Shown piece by piece: positions 61,174 through 64,000 of a DNA stretch of 64,000 nt. The notes beneath the pieces were generated by a model. It did not search any database, had not been told where the DNA came from, and worked only from the letters and a program-made list of their open reading frames with translations. The DNA lies in contig JBLWVX010000010.1 in assembly GCA_048268245.1 (NCBI GenBank), positions 1-64,000 of the forward strand, written 5' to 3'. The DNA is from Arcobacteraceae bacterium. Its GTDB lineage: Bacteria; Campylobacterota; Campylobacteria; Campylobacterales; Arcobacteraceae. Every line of letters begins with the position of its first letter. Positions within the stretch are counted from its first letter, which is position 1. A program made the translations under genes and the position numbers.

Positions 61174-61854
61174 TTATGCTGTAGGTAAGTTAAATTTCTT
61201 TGTAGAAATAACACCTTCATCATCAAATGAAAGGTAGTATAAAACATCTTTTTTCACAGGTAATCCAGCTAAATATCTAATAGCTAAGTTTGCTTGTAGT
61301 GAACCTATGTGCATTACAATTGGACAAGCAATACCATTTGGTTTTCTATCATTTACTACAAATACTGCTTCATAAGAAGCTTTTTCAAAGAAACATACTT
61401 GTCCATGGAACTCTTCTACAGAACCATAAATCCAAGCTTGGTTATTTTGAATACAATACTCATTTATAGCTGCTCTACTTGGTAGGTTATCAGTTGCATC
61501 AATAATCAAGTCAAACTCTAAACCTCTTTTTGCAAACTCATCAAAAGATTCATTGTAAGATGTAACTTTAGTATAAGGACATCTTGACTCAACTAACTCT
61601 TTTAAAACCTCACATTTTGGCTTTCCATCATCACCAACTTTAAAACCAATTTGTCTATGAATATTGTGAACACCAACTTCATCAAAATCAACAAAAGCAA
61701 ACTCACCAATACCAGAAGCACCTAAGGCAATACCTAAAGTACACCCTAATCCACCACTACCAATGATAGCTACTTTTTTATTTTGTAATGAGTCTTGAGT
61801 TTCCTCACCCCATAGTTTTATCTGTCTGTTAAAAAATTCATGAATTTCACTCAT
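61174..61854 (-). CDS. ThiF/MoeB/HesA family adenylyltransferase
   Basis: FNRQIKLWG, GSGGLG, DFDEV..HNIHRQ, DATDN. Confidence 0.9.
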   Translation of the reverse strand: MSEIHEFFNRQIKLWGEETQDSLQNKKVAIIGSGGLGCTLGIALGASGIGEFAFVDFDEVGVHNIHRQIGFKVGDDGKPKCEVLKELVESRCPYTKVTSYNESFDEFAKRGLEFDLIIDATDNLPSRAAINEYCIQNNQAWIYGSVEEFHGQVCFFEKASYEAVFVVNDRKPNGIACPIVMHIGSLQANLAIRYLAGLPVKKDVLYYLSFDDEGVISTKKFNLPTA

Positions 61855-62164
61855 GCTTAATCCTTAGTAAATAAGTAAAGTTTATAAAAATTATATTATG
61901 ATGTAATGATAACACATTTAGATTAAATTTCTTTGACTTGAATCAATAATAATCTTGATAAATTCTATATACTTTTATTTATTTGTAATACTATTCAATT
62001 GGGTTATTATTATAAATTTTAGATATATCATAAATATCACTTCGATAACTTTTTCTAATTTATTTTCAAATTCACTATTACCATTTTCATTTACTCTATG
62101 TTTTAAATGAAATAAAGCTACATTTTTATTTATATCTTCTACATTATCTGTGTTTATTGAATAG

Positions 62165-62270
62165 TTATAAAACTGCTAAATGTTCATAATCTTATAAGAT
62201 TTTGGCTTCCTAGCTTTAGAAGTTTTTCCCTTGGTTTGTCTATATTTTCAAGTTTTTTTATACTACTCAT
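62165..62270 (-). pseudogene. radC: RadC N-terminal fragment
   Basis: MSSIKKLENIDKPREKLLKLGSQNL, then a +1 frameshift to DYEHLAVL*. Confidence 0.7.
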
Positions 62271-62283
62271 GACTATACCTTAT

Positions 62284-62312
62284 TTGACAAAAATATTTTA
62301 CTATGTTATGAT
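62284..62312 (+). promoter_or_regulatory. sigma70 promoter convergent to the toxin remnant
   Basis: TTGACA (62284-62289), 17-nt spacer, TATGAT (62307-62312) with extended TGn. Confidence 0.7.
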
Positions 62313-62317
62313 TTTTT

Positions 62318-62362
62318 ATAATTCGCCTACGGGCACACCCACTTTTTTAAGTGGGGCTAATT
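62318..62362 (+). ncRNA. Second candidate two-hairpin antitoxin RNA
   Basis: ATAATTC-GCC(TACG)GGC-ACA-CCCACTT(TTTT)AAGTGGG-GCTAATT. Ends are inferred. Confidence 0.55.
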
Positions 62363-62460
62363 AAATCTTTAGACTTACTAATCACTATTTTAAAATCATT
62401 TGTATTTGTAGTTTTTTTGATGACATTCCAATCATCAAAAGTTTGCGTGAGTGTTTTCAT
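62347..62460 (-). pseudogene. Internally deleted PemK/MazF-like toxin remnant
   Basis: MKTLTQTFDDWNVIKKTTNTNDFKIVISKSKDLISPT* with RBS GGAGG. Its ends match YDKWNKVKK and DFKKLKVNLKELI of 16606-16998. Confidence 0.7.
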
Positions 62461-62521
62461 AAACTCCTCCTATATAGAAGAAGTTTATCTAAATTTTTAT
62501 AATAATATTATAAGTTATATA

Positions 62522-62725
62522 TTAGTTTTTATTTTCAGTAGTGAAGATAAGTTTTGCTTCATCTAAAAGCTTTTGAGCCTCATCTAGTTCTTTCATTCCA
62601 TTTTTATATACATCTAGTGAATCACTTAGTGTGATTTCTGGATTTGAAAGTTTATCTAAAAGATTTTTTGCTTTTATTATTTTGTCTTCAAATACTAATT
62701 TTTCTTCTTTTATTTCTTCGCTCAT
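62522..62725 (-). CDS. xseB: Exodeoxyribonuclease VII small subunit
   Basis: FEDKI...L.....ITLSDSLDVYKNGM...AQKLLDEAKL. Confidence 0.9.
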   Translation of the reverse strand: MSEEIKEEKLVFEDKIIKAKNLLDKLSNPEITLSDSLDVYKNGMKELDEAQKLLDEAKLIFTTENKN

Positions 62726-62728
62726 TTA

Positions 62729-63835
62729 TTATTTTCCTTTTAAAATATCTCTTACATGGTCTTCAAACTTCTCAACCTCAACTAAGAATGAATCATGTCC
62801 AGATTGACTATCAACCATTTTATAAGTTACTTGATCTTGCTTTCCAAGTTTTATCATAATATCTCTTATCTCTTCCATCTCTTCAGGGAAGAAAAGCATA
62901 TCATCTTTAAAAGATATAAGATGTAAATTACACTTTACTTTATCAAAAGAGTCTTCTAGTTTATCTTTATTTCTTCCTGCATCAAAAATATTCATTGTCT
63001 TACAGATATAAAGATATGATAGTGGGTCAAAAAACTTAGGAAAACTATATGAGTTATATTCTAAGTATCTCTCAACTTCAAATCTACCAAATAGTTCATA
63101 TAAACCATCAGTTCTAGCATACTCTCTACCGAACTTAGTATTAAAAAGTTCTGGACTTAAATATGCTATTAAACCTGCCATTCTTCCTATTGCTAAACCT
63201 GGTAAACCTTGTGCTTGTAAATCATCTGGGTCATAAAAACCATCTTTGAAAGCTGGGTCATGTCTAATTGATTCTATTGCTATTTTATTTATGGCAATTG
63301 CCCAAGGTCTTGTATAAGCAGTAGTTGCCATAGCTATAACTGTATCTGTAAAATCAGGTTGTTCTATAGAATAACAAAGTGCTTGCATTCCACCCATAGA
63401 ACCACCAATAACAGCTACAGCTTTTTTAATCCCAAGTCTATCATAAAGTCTCATTTGAGCTCTTACAACATCTGAAATAGTAAGTATAGGAAACTTAAAT
63501 CTATACTCTTTTCCAGTTGAAGGATCAATACTTAGAGGGTTTGTAGACCCAAAAGTACTTCCTATGTTATTTGAACAAATAACAAAATATTTTGTAGTAT
63601 CTATTACTTTACCATCACCTATAAACTTATCCCACCATCCAGGCTTTGCTTCATTTGCATATCTTCCTGCTGCATGATGTGATCCTGCTAGTGCATGACA
63701 AATTACAATAACATTTGATTTATCCTCATTTAGCTCTCCATAAGTCTCATATACCAACTCAAAAGACTCTAAAATCCTACCACTTTCTAAATGTAAAGGT
63801 TCATCAAATTTTTCAGTTTTAGTCTCTATTCTCAA
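62729..63835 (-). CDS. metX: Homoserine O-acetyltransferase
   Basis: CHALAG, GWWD, GGSMGGMQA, GHDSFL; TTG start. Confidence 0.93.
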   Translation of the reverse strand: MRIETKTEKFDEPLHLESGRILESFELVYETYGELNEDKSNVIVICHALAGSHHAAGRYANEAKPGWWDKFIGDGKVIDTTKYFVICSNNIGSTFGSTNPLSIDPSTGKEYRFKFPILTISDVVRAQMRLYDRLGIKKAVAVIGGSMGGMQALCYSIEQPDFTDTVIAMATTAYTRPWAIAINKIAIESIRHDPAFKDGFYDPDDLQAQGLPGLAIGRMAGLIAYLSPELFNTKFGREYARTDGLYELFGRFEVERYLEYNSYSFPKFFDPLSYLYICKTMNIFDAGRNKDKLEDSFDKVKCNLHLISFKDDMLFFPEEMEEIRDIMIKLGKQDQVTYKMVDSQSGHDSFLVEVEKFEDHVRDILKGK

Positions 63836-63923
63836 ATTCTATCCATCTTCTTTAATATACTTTATATTTTAATCCTATTTATATTAGCAAAAATAATATA
63901 AGAATTTGTTTTAGCTACTCACT

Positions 63924-64000
63924 TTAGTAAGCCTTCTTTAGCTCTTCGTAGTCTACTTTCATCAAAGATTGCCATGTTTTATTTGGACTCCATAGTTCAA
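63924..64000 (-). CDS. 3' end of a gene running off the window
   Basis: Open frame ...ELWSPNKTWQSLMKVDYEELKKAY* upstream of metX. Confidence 0.5.
   Translation of the reverse strand, partial: ELWSPNKTWQSLMKVDYEELKKAY

Noticed and set aside
62351..62566. 71-aa + strand ORF in the track
   Set aside because: Antisense to xseB and the toxin remnant with no convincing RBS; the minus-strand reading explains the region better.

Overview
Very AT-rich chromosomal segment of a Campylobacterota bacterium, most likely Arcobacteraceae. This is inferred from the bioV-ftsH-like-mtaB-mscS-aroB and mog synteny, MutS2, and many two-component genes. Core genes include an ABC-F ATPase, thiI, a slyD-like PPIase, modE/A/B/C, dapE, mutS2, mog, mtaB, aroB, carB, xseB and metX, alongside a redox/detox and transporter block. 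The most interesting signal is a PemK/MazF-fold toxin gene with no protein antitoxin (16606-16998). Immediately downstream is a convergent consensus sigma70 promoter (TTGACA-17-TATAAT) that would make a ~45-nt two-hairpin RNA. The same architecture recurs independently at 62284-62470 beside an internally deleted toxin remnant, which suggests a MazF-like toxin with an RNA antitoxin. The intact copy and a Septu-like ATPase+HNH pair are inserted inside the mod operon between modB and modC. Other oddities are an atypical tRNA-Glu(UUC) with C37, a hybrid kinase with MCP-like EE/QQ heptads next to a CheB-CheR fusion, an FRG-domain gene, and decayed EAL, BCCT and radC genes. All product calls come from motif recognition by eye; no database searches were run.
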